A DNA stretch of 28,216 nt from an uncultured Deinococcales bacterium (GCA_964247135.1 CAXTTL010000033.1:1-28216), one strand, 5' to 3'; counted from the first letter of the stretch, positions 9,124-17,686 are shown. Translations and numbers: made by a program. Notes: generated by a model not told the origin, from the sequence alone.

Positions 9124-9151
9124 AAAAAATGCGCCCAACGGCGCATTTTTT
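9124..9151. terminator. Intrinsic terminator downstream of infC (bidirectional form)
   Basis: AAAAAATGCGCC-caac-GGCGCATTTTTT: perfect stem with A/T tracts on both sides. Confidence 0.85.
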
Positions 9152-9165
9152 GTTTTGAACTAGAA

Positions 9166-9819
9166 TTAGACCGATGCAGCTTCGCTCGAGCTTTCAGTGC
9201 TTGCCTCGATAACGGCTTCATCATGATCGTCTTCGTGATGGTCGTCGTGATCGTCATCCTCGAGCGGTGGCAGGTTGTCTTTGACTGCCATTTGCTGGCT
9301 TTTGACGGTTGGCGCAAGGATCATGTTCATGTCCATGCCCATCAGGTTTGGTGCGCTTTCGACCAGTGCACCGTCGCCAAGGGTTGTGGCAACGCGTTTC
9401 AGCAAGGCTTCACCGAGTTCTGGGTGGGTGCGTTCACGCCCCCTGAACATGATGGTGACTTTGACCTTGTGACCGTCTTTTAAGAAGCGTTTAACGTGGT
9501 TGAGTTTGGTATCAAAATCGCCGCCGCCAATTTTGACGCGCAATTTGATGCTTTTTTGTTCTTGGGCGCGGGCGCGTTTGCGGGCTTCTTTTTCTTGCTG
9601 TTGTGCCTCGAAACGGAAGCGTCCGTAGTCGAGTAAACGGCAGACCGGAGGGACCGCGTTGGGTGAAACCATGACCAAATCCAGACCTTTTTCGGTTGCC
9701 ATTCGCATGGCGTCCCGGGTGTCCACGATGCCAGCTTGGTTTCCCTCGTCGTCAATGAGGCGTACCTGACGAACTCGGATTTGCTCGTTTATTTTGTGAT
9801 CCTTGGCTACAACAACCAC
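9166..9819 (-). CDS. infC: Translation initiation factor IF-3 (true start possibly GTA at 9810)
   Basis: INEQIRVRQVRLID, GLDLVMVSPNAVPPVCRLLDYGRF, GHKVKVTIMFRGRE. Confidence 0.97.
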   Translation of the reverse strand: MVVVAKDHKINEQIRVRQVRLIDDEGNQAGIVDTRDAMRMATEKGLDLVMVSPNAVPPVCRLLDYGRFRFEAQQQEKEARKRARAQEQKSIKLRVKIGGGDFDTKLNHVKRFLKDGHKVKVTIMFRGRERTHPELGEALLKRVATTLGDGALVESAPNLMGMDMNMILAPTVKSQQMAVKDNLPPLEDDDHDDHHEDDHDEAVIEASTESSSEAASV

Positions 9820-9960
9820 CTGCCTTTTTCTGCTCGAGCAGCCTTTTTGTCTGCGCGGCGTTATCAGTATACCCGTAGTCTGGCTTTTTCAGTAGTGTTT
9901 TAAGCTGGATTTACCCGAGGTTTGCTTGAAAGCCTTGTATGACGTGGTACAGTCGGGGTC

Positions 9961-10167
9961 ATGAAAATTGTTTTTCGGGAGAATGGTTCAATCGGTGTGG
10001 AGACAAATGGCAAGTATGTGTTGCGGGTTGGGGACACCGAGATGCTGATCGAAAAGCCAAAGTTTAGTTTGTGCCGTTGCGGGCATTCCAAGAATTTGCC
10101 TTTTTGTGACGGTTCGCACAAGGAATTTGGGTTTGTCGCGCCAGCCGCCGAGATTGAACTCGAGTAA
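9961..10167 (+). CDS. CDGSH iron-sulfur domain protein
   Basis: LCRCGHSKNLPFCDGSH 2Fe-2S motif; TACAGT 7 nt upstream of the ATG. Confidence 0.93.
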   Translation: MKIVFRENGSIGVETNGKYVLRVGDTEMLIEKPKFSLCRCGHSKNLPFCDGSHKEFGFVAPAAEIELE

Positions 10168-10205
10168 AGCTTTTTTGGAGTGTCGCTCGGCGCAAAAAGC
10201 TTTAC
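10164..10205 (+). terminator. Stem-loop at the 3' end of the CDGSH gene
   Basis: GTAAAGCTTTTT...AAAAAGCTTTAC 12-bp inverted repeat with additional internal pairing. Confidence 0.55.
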
Positions 10206-10493
10206 ATCCCTCAAGCCAGTTGTTGGTTTTGGCTCGAGGGTTGTCTTGCCGATGGGCTTCTCGATTTTGATGTTGACATGTACAATGTCAGATATACCTC
10301 ATTCTATTCTGAAGAATTTTTAATCATTTTAATCTCCAGAACCAAACAGTGGTGCAAAACCTGATATGACTCGAGACAAATCTTTTCACAATCACGCGTT
10401 TAATGGTCATGCCAGGGCTGGCATTTTGAATTCAAAATGTCGTGTTCAATATCAATTTACCTTCACCAGACCAAGACCGACTCGAGTCAAGGC

Positions 10494-11720
10494 ATGAACC
10501 TTCAATCTGGGATTTCGGCGCGGTTGCATCAGATTTTTTTGTGGTCAAGCGCCAGCGTCTTTGTGCTTGCCATGATTGGTTTTGTCTTTGATCACGGTTT
10601 CAAACCGTTTTGGTTGCTGGGGCATCTGGTTTTTTTTGGTGTTATCGTTGCCCTCAATCAATTTTTGTTTCGGCGTTACTCGGTCAAAAGTGCAGGCTTT
10701 TTCTTGACGGCGTGTACCTTGCAGGTGGTCTTGGCGCTCTATCAACAGCAGGCATTCTGGGTTGAATCCTCGCTCGGTGGGATCATTTACGGGATTTGTG
10801 CGATTCCGTTGCTGTTTACCATTTCCACCAATTTGGGTTTTATCGGCTTGATGCTTGACTTGTTCCTCTCGGGCATCTTGATTTTTCTGGCATTCCAGCA
10901 AAGCCAGGGCGCTGGACTGACCGTGCTGTTTGCCTCGAGTTTGGCTTCACTGATCGGTTACATGTGCTATCAACTCTTCCGCGAATTTGCCAGCGTGCAA
11001 TTTGAACTCGAGCGCAACGCCACCACCGATGCCTTGACCAAAATTGGCAATCGCCGTGCGCTCGAGCAGGACTTTGAACGCTATCAAGCCATCGGGCGGC
11101 GCAAGGGAATGCAGTTGGTGCTCTCGAGTTGGGATGTGGACGGTTTAAAACGCATCAACGACGAGCAGGGTCATCGGGCGGGCGACCAGTACCTGCTGCG
11201 CTGCGTCAAGGCGTTACAACACGCAACCCGCAAGGGCGACGGTCTGTACCGAACCGGTGGCGATGAGTTCGTGGGTCTGCACTTGGGTTTAACCGCAGGA
11301 ACGCCGATTGTCGAACGGGTGCGCAGCGAGTTTTTCAATGTTTCGGTCGGGTTTAGCGTCTTCACCCAGGAAAGCCTGGACAAAGCTCTCTCGGACGCCG
11401 ACGCGCAAATGTACGCCGAAAAACGCAACCGCAAGAACAAATCTGGACGCGGTACGGGCGAATATTATGTTCAAAACAAAGCCGCGACTCGAGCCGGCAA
11501 CGAAGATTGGTTGTTGCGCAGCACCGGCATCGAAATCAATGTTCACACGACTGGCATCGATATTTCGGTGCGCAACACGGGTGAAATGCCCGTGAACATC
11601 ACCAAAGACCACGACGTGGGGCGTTTAACCCTCGAGCCTGATCTGGACACCAACATCACCTTGGAGCTTGATCCTCGAGATTTGAATGCTCGACCTGGTA
11701 CGACCGAAAAACCAAATTAA
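10494..11720 (+). CDS. Membrane-bound diguanylate cyclase (GGDEF domain)
   Basis: About six hydrophobic segments, DALTKIGNRRA, DVDGLKRINDEQGHRAGD, RKGD I-site, intact GGDEF; ATG 10494 preferred. Confidence 0.93.
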   Translation: MNLQSGISARLHQIFLWSSASVFVLAMIGFVFDHGFKPFWLLGHLVFFGVIVALNQFLFRRYSVKSAGFFLTACTLQVVLALYQQQAFWVESSLGGIIYGICAIPLLFTISTNLGFIGLMLDLFLSGILIFLAFQQSQGAGLTVLFASSLASLIGYMCYQLFREFASVQFELERNATTDALTKIGNRRALEQDFERYQAIGRRKGMQLVLSSWDVDGLKRINDEQGHRAGDQYLLRCVKALQHATRKGDGLYRTGGDEFVGLHLGLTAGTPIVERVRSEFFNVSVGFSVFTQESLDKALSDADAQMYAEKRNRKNKSGRGTGEYYVQNKAATRAGNEDWLLRSTGIEINVHTTGIDISVRNTGEMPVNITKDHDVGRLTLEPDLDTNITLELDPRDLNARPGTTEKPN

Positions 11721-11724
11721 AATT

Positions 11725-12186
11725 TCAATGTTCGCTTGGAATCAGCGGTTGATGCTCGAAGGCGGTGCTGAGTGTGACCACCGTGTTGGTTCTCGAGACG
11801 CCAGGAATTTGTTTGACGCGGTAGAGCAGTTCCTCGAGCGCCTCTGGCGTGCTGGTGCGGACTTTGAGCATGATGTCGGTGTCGCCCGCCACGCTGTAAC
11901 ATTCTTCGATTTCCGAAAATTGTTTGAAGGTCGGCGCGATCAAAAAGCAACTGGTCGAACCATCGGTGCGCACGCTGACGAACGCCAGCACGGGTAAACC
12001 CAGCGCTCGAGCGTCCACCCGTGCCGAAAAGCCTTTGATGATCCCGCGTTTCTCGAGCGTCTTGACCCTTGAATGCACGCTGGCGGCACTCAAACCGACG
12101 CTCGCGCCAATTTCGGCATAGGTTTGGCGGCTGTCGCGTTGCAGCTCGAGCAGAATGGCTTTGTCGTGTTGGTCTAAGTTGTTCAT
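11725..12186 (-). CDS. Lrp/AsnC family transcriptional regulator
   Basis: LDQHDKAILLELQRDSR, IGASVGLSAASVHSRVKTLEKRGII, CYSVAGDTD; divergent from the EamA operon. Confidence 0.93.
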   Translation of the reverse strand: MNNLDQHDKAILLELQRDSRQTYAEIGASVGLSAASVHSRVKTLEKRGIIKGFSARVDARALGLPVLAFVSVRTDGSTSCFLIAPTFKQFSEIEECYSVAGDTDIMLKVRTSTPEALEELLYRVKQIPGVSRTNTVVTLSTAFEHQPLIPSEH

Positions 12187-12280
12187 GAAGTGTCCCGACA
12201 TTCTAAATGATATTAGGAAATTTTGGCAATAATCCAAATGACATATTGCAAACTTGGGGACAAAACGATTATTCTTAAGT

Positions 12281-13192
12281 ATGAATCCTGGTTTGGCGGT
12301 CAGCGCAAGCTCGAAACGCGATTCGTTGTTGATCGCGTTTAGCTTGTTTGCACTGTACATCATTTGGGGCAGCACCTATTTTGGCATTCGGATCGGGGTG
12401 CAAAGTTTCCCGCCGTTTTTGATGAACGCCATTCGCTTTACCCTGGCGGGCGCAATCCTGTACGGTGTTTTACGCGCCCGAGGGGCAAAACACCCAATCA
12501 AGCTCGAGTGGTGGAGTGCCTTTCGGATCGGTTTGTTTTTGATTGTTGGCGGCAACACCGGCACAACCCTGGCAGAGAGCCTTGGCGTTGCCAGTGGGTT
12601 GGCGGCGACCATCGTTGCCACCATGCCGCTCTGGGCTGCCCTGTGGTCAACACTGTGGGGGCAGCGCCCAAGGATGCTCGAGGTGGCTGGGATGCTGGTC
12701 GGTTTGGTCGGGGTGATTGTCCTCAGCCGTGAGGGGAATTTGCAGGGCAATCCGACGGGGGCAATCGTGATGTTTATCGCGCCCATTTTCTGGTCGTTCG
12801 GTTCGATCTGGTCAAAGCACCTCACCCTGCCGCAAGGTTTGATGGCGAGCGCCAGCGAAATGCTGACCGCAGGTCTTTTGATGATTCCCATCAGCTTTTT
12901 GCTCGGTGAGCGCATGACCAAAGCCCCATCGCTCGAGAGTCTGCTGGCGTTGATTTACTTGATCACCTTTGGGTCGCTGGTTGCCTTTAGCGCCTATGTG
13001 TACCTGCTGACCAAAGTCCGCCCAAGCTTGGCGACCAGTTATGCCTACATCAACCCGATTGTGGCGGTGCTGCTGGGCTTGTTTTTTGGACACGAAAAAA
13101 TTGGTCTGAACGCCTTTATTGCCATGCCAATCATTTTGAGCGCCGTGGGGTTGGTGGCGTATGCCCAAAATCAAAAAGCAACCCTCAAATAA
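12281..13192 (+). CDS. yedA: EamA/DMT family exporter (YedA-like)
   Basis: LYIIWGSTYFGIR, PPFLMNAIRF, FGSLVAFSAYVYLL, TSYAYINPIVAVLLG; TATTCT 5 nt before ATG 12281. Confidence 0.88.
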   Translation: MNPGLAVSASSKRDSLLIAFSLFALYIIWGSTYFGIRIGVQSFPPFLMNAIRFTLAGAILYGVLRARGAKHPIKLEWWSAFRIGLFLIVGGNTGTTLAESLGVASGLAATIVATMPLWAALWSTLWGQRPRMLEVAGMLVGLVGVIVLSREGNLQGNPTGAIVMFIAPIFWSFGSIWSKHLTLPQGLMASASEMLTAGLLMIPISFLLGERMTKAPSLESLLALIYLITFGSLVAFSAYVYLLTKVRPSLATSYAYINPIVAVLLGLFFGHEKIGLNAFIAMPIILSAVGLVAYAQNQKATLK

Positions 13193-13204
13193 ACCAACAA
13201 CCCC

Positions 13205-13230
13205 GTAGGGGCGCATGGCAATGCGCCCTT
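13205..13230 (+). repeat. GTAG-family REP-like palindrome
   Basis: GTAG tetranucleotide followed by GGGCGCAT-ggca-ATGCGCCC, 12 nt after a stop codon; the layout is typical of RAYT-associated REPs. Confidence 0.7.
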
Positions 13231-13266
13231 CCAACCACCAAAACCTCGGGCAACAGGAGAAATCAC

Positions 13267-13383
13267 ATGAACGGTTCGCATCACAGTTTGGGAAATCTCG
13301 AGCGGCGCTGTCAGAGCATTACCGAAGAGTTGCGTGTGATTGTCGCGTTTGCGCCAGCAGAAGACTCGAGGAAACCCCGATGA
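13267..13383 (+). pseudogene. 38-codon ORF, probable internally deleted cupin gene
   Basis: SD AGGAG plus ATG; MNGSHHSLGNLERRCQSITEELRVIVAFAPAEDSRKPR*; ATGA overlap with the next gene; the C-terminal part resembles the small-cupin ending as I recall it (EHRFHDITEELxVLVFFAPAE). Confidence 0.6.
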
Positions 13384-14246
13384 AAACCGCCGATGCACTG
13401 CAATTGTTGGTGCTCTCGATGATTTGGGGCGTGTCATTTTTGCTGATTAAAATCGCGGGAACAAGCTTCCCGCCCGTTTGGGTGGCGTGCTTGCGTTTGC
13501 TGCTGGGCGGTACGGTGTTGTTCGTTATTCTCAAACTGAACAAACGCACCATGTTCACTCGGGCAAACCTGCCGTGGTTGATCTTGCAAGGTTTGATCGG
13601 CAGTGCCTTGCCGTTCACGTTTTTTGCGCTGGGTGAACAAACCCTCAACTCGAGCTTGGCAGGGGTGTTGAATGCCACCACGCCGTGTTTTGCCGCCTTG
13701 ATCGGTGTTTTGATTGGCGACTCGAGTTTGACCCCGCGCCGAATTTTGGGCGTGGCATTGGGTTTTGTCGGGGTCATGATCGCCGTGTCGGGCAGTTTGC
13801 AACTCGAGGGTTCGCTGCTCGGCGTGAGTGTGATCACCCTGGCTTCGATTCTCTACGCAATTGTGCCATACATTGCCAAACGCTTTCTGAAAGGCGTTGA
13901 CCCGCTCGCCATCGCCTTCGGGCAGGTCATGAGCGCTGGCATCATGTTGTTGCCTGTCGCGCTGTTCTCAAAACCTGGCATCATCACGTTGCCCGCCGTG
14001 GGTGCCATCTTGGTTCTGGGTATTTTCGGTTCTGGCATCGCTTACGCCCTGTTCTACAGCGTGCTGCCCAGAATCAGTGCCACCCAATCCTCGAGCATCA
14101 CCTACATCATTCCAATCTGGAGCATCCTCTGGGGCGCTCTGGCGGGCGAGCACATTGGACTCGAGACGCTGGTCGGCATCACGGTGGTGATCGTTGGGGT
14201 TATTCTGATCAACACCGACTTTGGATTCTCGAGGAGACTCGCATGA
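13380..14246 (+). CDS. EamA/DMT family transporter
   Basis: LSMIWGVSFLLIKIA, ALPFTFFALGEQTLNSSLAGVLNATTP, GSGIAYALFY; real start MKTADAL at 13380. Confidence 0.9.
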   Translation: MKTADALQLLVLSMIWGVSFLLIKIAGTSFPPVWVACLRLLLGGTVLFVILKLNKRTMFTRANLPWLILQGLIGSALPFTFFALGEQTLNSSLAGVLNATTPCFAALIGVLIGDSSLTPRRILGVALGFVGVMIAVSGSLQLEGSLLGVSVITLASILYAIVPYIAKRFLKGVDPLAIAFGQVMSAGIMLLPVALFSKPGIITLPAVGAILVLGIFGSGIAYALFYSVLPRISATQSSSITYIIPIWSILWGALAGEHIGLETLVGITVVIVGVILINTDFGFSRRLA

Positions 14247-14707
14247 ACAAACCCGTCCAAACCCTGCAAGCCACCCTCGAGCATCTGGACGACCTCGTGC
14301 CGTTGTTCGACGCCTACCGCGTGTTTTACAAACAGCCAAGCGATCTGACGGCAGCCAGGGAATACCTGCAAGCCAGACTCGAGCGTGAAGAATGCACGGT
14401 TTTTCTGGCTTACGATGAAGCTCGAGCCGTCGGATTTACGCTGCTTTACACCACATTTTCGAGCGCCACACTCAAACCATTGGTGATTCTGAACGACTTG
14501 TACGTGATTCCACAAGCCAGGGGTTCACGGATTGGTGAGCGCTTGATCGAACGCGGCAAGGCGTTCGCAAAATTGCAAGGTTCACCGATTTTGCGGCTGC
14601 GCACCGCCAAAGACAATTTCTCGGGGCAAAAATTATACGAACGCAGCGGTTTCGTACAAGACGAGGTGTTTTTGACTTATAACCTCAAACTCGAGGATCA
14701 AACATGA
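14243..14707 (+). CDS. GNAT family N-acetyltransferase
   Basis: LFDAYRVFY, ILNDLYVIPQARGSRIG, GQKLYERSGF; ATGA overlaps at both ends. Confidence 0.92.
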   Translation: MNKPVQTLQATLEHLDDLVPLFDAYRVFYKQPSDLTAAREYLQARLEREECTVFLAYDEARAVGFTLLYTTFSSATLKPLVILNDLYVIPQARGSRIGERLIERGKAFAKLQGSPILRLRTAKDNFSGQKLYERSGFVQDEVFLTYNLKLEDQT

Positions 14708-15258
14708 ATGCGCTTTTGGTGATCGATGTTCAACAAGGGTTCACCGAGTATGAACGCATCGCCGGTGGTCGCAACAACCCTCAAGCCGAACAAAATATTG
14801 CCATGATCCTGGGCGCGTACCGCAAAATGCAATATCCCGTAATTCACGTGCATCATGCCAGCACCGAAGCCAACTCGCCGCTTCGTCCCGACCAACCTGG
14901 ATATGCCGTCAAACCCGAAGCCATGCCGCTCGAGATTGAGCGGATTTTTGTCAAACACGTCAACAGCGCCTTCATTGGCACGAATCTCGAGGCGCACTTG
15001 CGGGAACATGACATCTTGAGCCTGACCATCGTTGGTGCGACCACCGATCACTGTTGCTCGACCACCGCGCGTATGGCAGCCAACCTTGGTTTTGAAGTCT
15101 GGTACATTTCTGACGCATTGTGGACATTGGACAAATTCATGCCCGACGGGACTCGGGTGGCGGCGCAATTGGTTCACGATGTCAACATTGCCAGTTTGCA
15201 CCAGGAATTTGCCGAAATACTGACCACCGAAGCTTTGCTCGAGCGAATTGGGAGTTAA
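14704..15258 (+). CDS. Cysteine hydrolase (isochorismatase family)
   Basis: ALLVIDVQQGF, FVKHVNSAFIGTNLE, GATTDHCCSTTARMAANLGF (Asp-Lys-Cys triad). Confidence 0.92.
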   Translation: MNALLVIDVQQGFTEYERIAGGRNNPQAEQNIAMILGAYRKMQYPVIHVHHASTEANSPLRPDQPGYAVKPEAMPLEIERIFVKHVNSAFIGTNLEAHLREHDILSLTIVGATTDHCCSTTARMAANLGFEVWYISDALWTLDKFMPDGTRVAAQLVHDVNIASLHQEFAEILTTEALLERIGS

Positions 15259-15262
15259 AACC

Positions 15263-15706
15263 ATGAACATCATTGTTGCTGACGCTTCACACCTCGAGAT
15301 GCTCGTCCCACTTTTTGATGCCTACCGCGTGTTTTATCAAGAAAAATCTGATTTGGAACGCGCCAGAAATTTTTTGCTCGAGCGAATCCAGAATGCCCAG
15401 AGCGTGATTTACCTGGCGCTGGACGGTGAAAAACCACTGGGTTTCACGCAACTTTACCCGAGTTTCTCAAGCGCCAGCACGCAAAAACTCTGGATTTTGA
15501 ACGACCTCTATGTGATTCCTGAAGCCAGAGGTTTGCGAATTGGTGAGCATCTGATCGAACGCGCCATGCAGCTCGCCCGTGAAACCAATGCCAAAGGCGT
15601 GATGCTCGAGACGGCACATACCAATACATCTGGGCAAAAACTCTACGAACGCATGGGTTTTGTGCGCGAAGACCTCGAGTTTCGCACGTATTTCAAAGCG
15701 GTATAA
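15263..15706 (+). CDS. GNAT family N-acetyltransferase (paralogue of 14243-14707)
   Basis: LVPLFDAYRVFY, WILNDLYVIPEARG, GQKLYERMGF; SD GGAG before ATG 15263. Confidence 0.92.
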   Translation: MNIIVADASHLEMLVPLFDAYRVFYQEKSDLERARNFLLERIQNAQSVIYLALDGEKPLGFTQLYPSFSSASTQKLWILNDLYVIPEARGLRIGEHLIERAMQLARETNAKGVMLETAHTNTSGQKLYERMGFVREDLEFRTYFKAV

Positions 15707-15783
15707 CTGAATTGATGATGACCTGCCATATATTCACGCTATGGCATTTATACATATCTCACACGAGATCAATAAAATTGCAT

Positions 15784-16488
15784 ATGCGAAAACGCATCTT
15801 GCTTGCTGTCGCCATTTTGAGCCTGATACTTGCCACGGCTGCCCTTGCTTTTCCTGGACAGACTGCTTGTGTGATGATTGGAATTTCAGGACTCGATACC
15901 CTATCTGACGGAACACGTGTTCAAAGCTCGAGCACAAATGTAGAACGACTTCAGATACTTAAGCTTTTACAACAAGCGAAAGCACGAATCACCAAAGCCT
16001 TTGGTTTACCTCGAGCCAAACCAACCATCATTTTTTTGAAAGACACCCATGCTCTTTTCCCATTTGGTTTGAACGAGTACGGCAGCACTCAAACAATCGC
16101 CTCTCGAGCCTGCGTAATTATTGGACCTCAAGGTACAAATCTGAACGTGGTCGCGCATGAATTGATGCACGCCGAACTGTTCGAGCGGGTTGGGATATGG
16201 CGTAAGTTCACTGCGATTCCCGCTTGGTTTGACGAAGGAGTTGCCATGCAGATGGACTTTCGTTCTGCATACGATCTGAAACAACCCATCAAAAACCTTG
16301 TCGCAGTAGAAAAACTTAAGTCGAGCAATCAATTCAATGCTGGCAACAATGAACAACTCACTGAACACTACGCACTTGCCAAAGCCATTGTTGCAAAGTG
16401 GCTCACGAAAATTGGAGTCTCAAACTTATACTCGAGCCTCGATCAGATTCGTGATGGAGAAGACCTTGAGTTTGTGTTTAACCCTTGA
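15784..16488 (+). CDS. Secreted or membrane-anchored zincin-like (peptidase MA-like) protein
   Basis: Signal-like N-terminus MRKRILLAVAILSL, VAHELMHAE (HExxH) and PAWFDEGVA; TAAAAT 5 nt before ATG 15784. Confidence 0.75.
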   Translation: MRKRILLAVAILSLILATAALAFPGQTACVMIGISGLDTLSDGTRVQSSSTNVERLQILKLLQQAKARITKAFGLPRAKPTIIFLKDTHALFPFGLNEYGSTQTIASRACVIIGPQGTNLNVVAHELMHAELFERVGIWRKFTAIPAWFDEGVAMQMDFRSAYDLKQPIKNLVAVEKLKSSNQFNAGNNEQLTEHYALAKAIVAKWLTKIGVSNLYSSLDQIRDGEDLEFVFNP

Positions 16489-16525
16489 AATAGCGTGTGT
16501 GTTTTGAGCTGTGTAAACTAAATTC

Positions 16526-16903
16526 ATGCCCGAGTACCAACCCATCAAAACCAAACTCGGCATTTTACGCTCGAGGGACGCGCTGCACCTGGAAGACCTC
16601 GAGTTCAAACCGCTCGAGAAAATTCTGATTTTAACAGGCGTGCTCGATGCCCGTCACAGCAGCTCACACCTCGAGCAAGATTTGCACTTCACCTTGCGGT
16701 TTTTGAGCGTGGTCGCGCTCGAGGTCACCGATTTGGATTCGTTTCACGGCGATCTCTCGAGCAGCTTTGACGTGGTGCATCACTCGAGCTGGTTCGAGAA
16801 CGCTGGCGGCAACGTCATGGCGGGGCACAAGCATTACCAGATCATTGAACGTCATCATATTCTGGGGATCATCGCCGACGGTTTTAAACTCGAGTTGCAG
16901 TAA
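16526..16903 (+). CDS. Hypothetical protein
   Basis: 125-aa ORF with TAAACT 6 nt before the ATG; its stop abuts the stop of the convergent gene. Confidence 0.75.
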   Translation: MPEYQPIKTKLGILRSRDALHLEDLEFKPLEKILILTGVLDARHSSSHLEQDLHFTLRFLSVVALEVTDLDSFHGDLSSSFDVVHHSSWFENAGGNVMAGHKHYQIIERHHILGIIADGFKLELQ

Positions 16904-17686
16904 TCATTTCCCTTTAAATTTTGCGGCTCGTTTCTCGAGGAATGCGCTTACACCCTCCGCAAAGTCCGCACTTGCCCCCGCGATGTTCTGCAACTGCCCC
17001 TCGTACTCGAGCGCCTCGTCCAGGGTACTCGAGAGGTTTTTGAGAAGGGCGCGTTTGGTCAGCCCAAAGGTTTTGGTTGGTCCCTGCGCCAGATTCTCGG
17101 CGAAGGCTTTGACCTTGGCTTCAAACTCTTCGGCAGGATACACCCGTTCGCACAAACCCATTTGCAGCGCGTCCTCAGCTACCACTTTCTCGGCGTGAAC
17201 CATCAGGTCAAAGGCGCGGTTGTAACCGACCAGACGCGGCAGAAACCAGGTGCTGCCCGCGTCGGGAATCAGCGCAATTTTGGAAAAGGCTTGCATCATG
17301 GTGGCGACATCGCTCCACAACCGAATGTCGCCCGCCAGCGCAATGCTCGCCCCAGCCCCAGCCGCCACACCATTCACGGCGGTGATCACGGGTTTCTCGA
17401 GGGATGTCATGCGGGCAATCACGGGTCGGAATGTTTTGTCCAGATGCTCTTTCAGGTTGCCGTGAATGCCTTCACGCAAATCCGCGCCAGAACAAAAACC
17501 GCGCCCAGCCCCAGTGATCACAATCACTCGAGCACTTTCATCTTTTTCGGCGCTCGAGAGGGCAGACTGCATCGCCAGCAGCATCGCCTCGTTTGCCGAA
17601 TTGAGGCTTTCGGGGCGGTTCATGGTGATGTAAAACACGCCATTCTCGAGTTTGGTCAGCACCGTTTGATCAAGAACTTGGGTCAT
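16904..17686 (-). CDS. Enoyl-CoA hydratase/isomerase family protein (PaaG-like)
   Basis: ITMNRPESLNS, TGAGRGFCSGADL, KPVITAVNGVAAGAG, LIPDAGSTWFLPRLVG, DFAEGVSAFLEKR. Confidence 0.93.
   Translation of the reverse strand: MTQVLDQTVLTKLENGVFYITMNRPESLNSANEAMLLAMQSALSSAEKDESARVIVITGAGRGFCSGADLREGIHGNLKEHLDKTFRPVIARMTSLEKPVITAVNGVAAGAGASIALAGDIRLWSDVATMMQAFSKIALIPDAGSTWFLPRLVGYNRAFDLMVHAEKVVAEDALQMGLCERVYPAEEFEAKVKAFAENLAQGPTKTFGLTKRALLKNLSSTLDEALEYEGQLQNIAGASADFAEGVSAFLEKRAAKFKGK

Noticed and set aside
12187-12375. N-terminal extension of the Lrp ORF
   Set aside because: It overlaps the divergent yedA start; Lrp similarity begins at MNNLDQHD.
13215-13379. 55-aa N-terminal extension of the second EamA ORF
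   Set aside because: It starts inside the REP; the region is better explained by the SD-led mini-ORF at 13267 coupled to ATG 13380.
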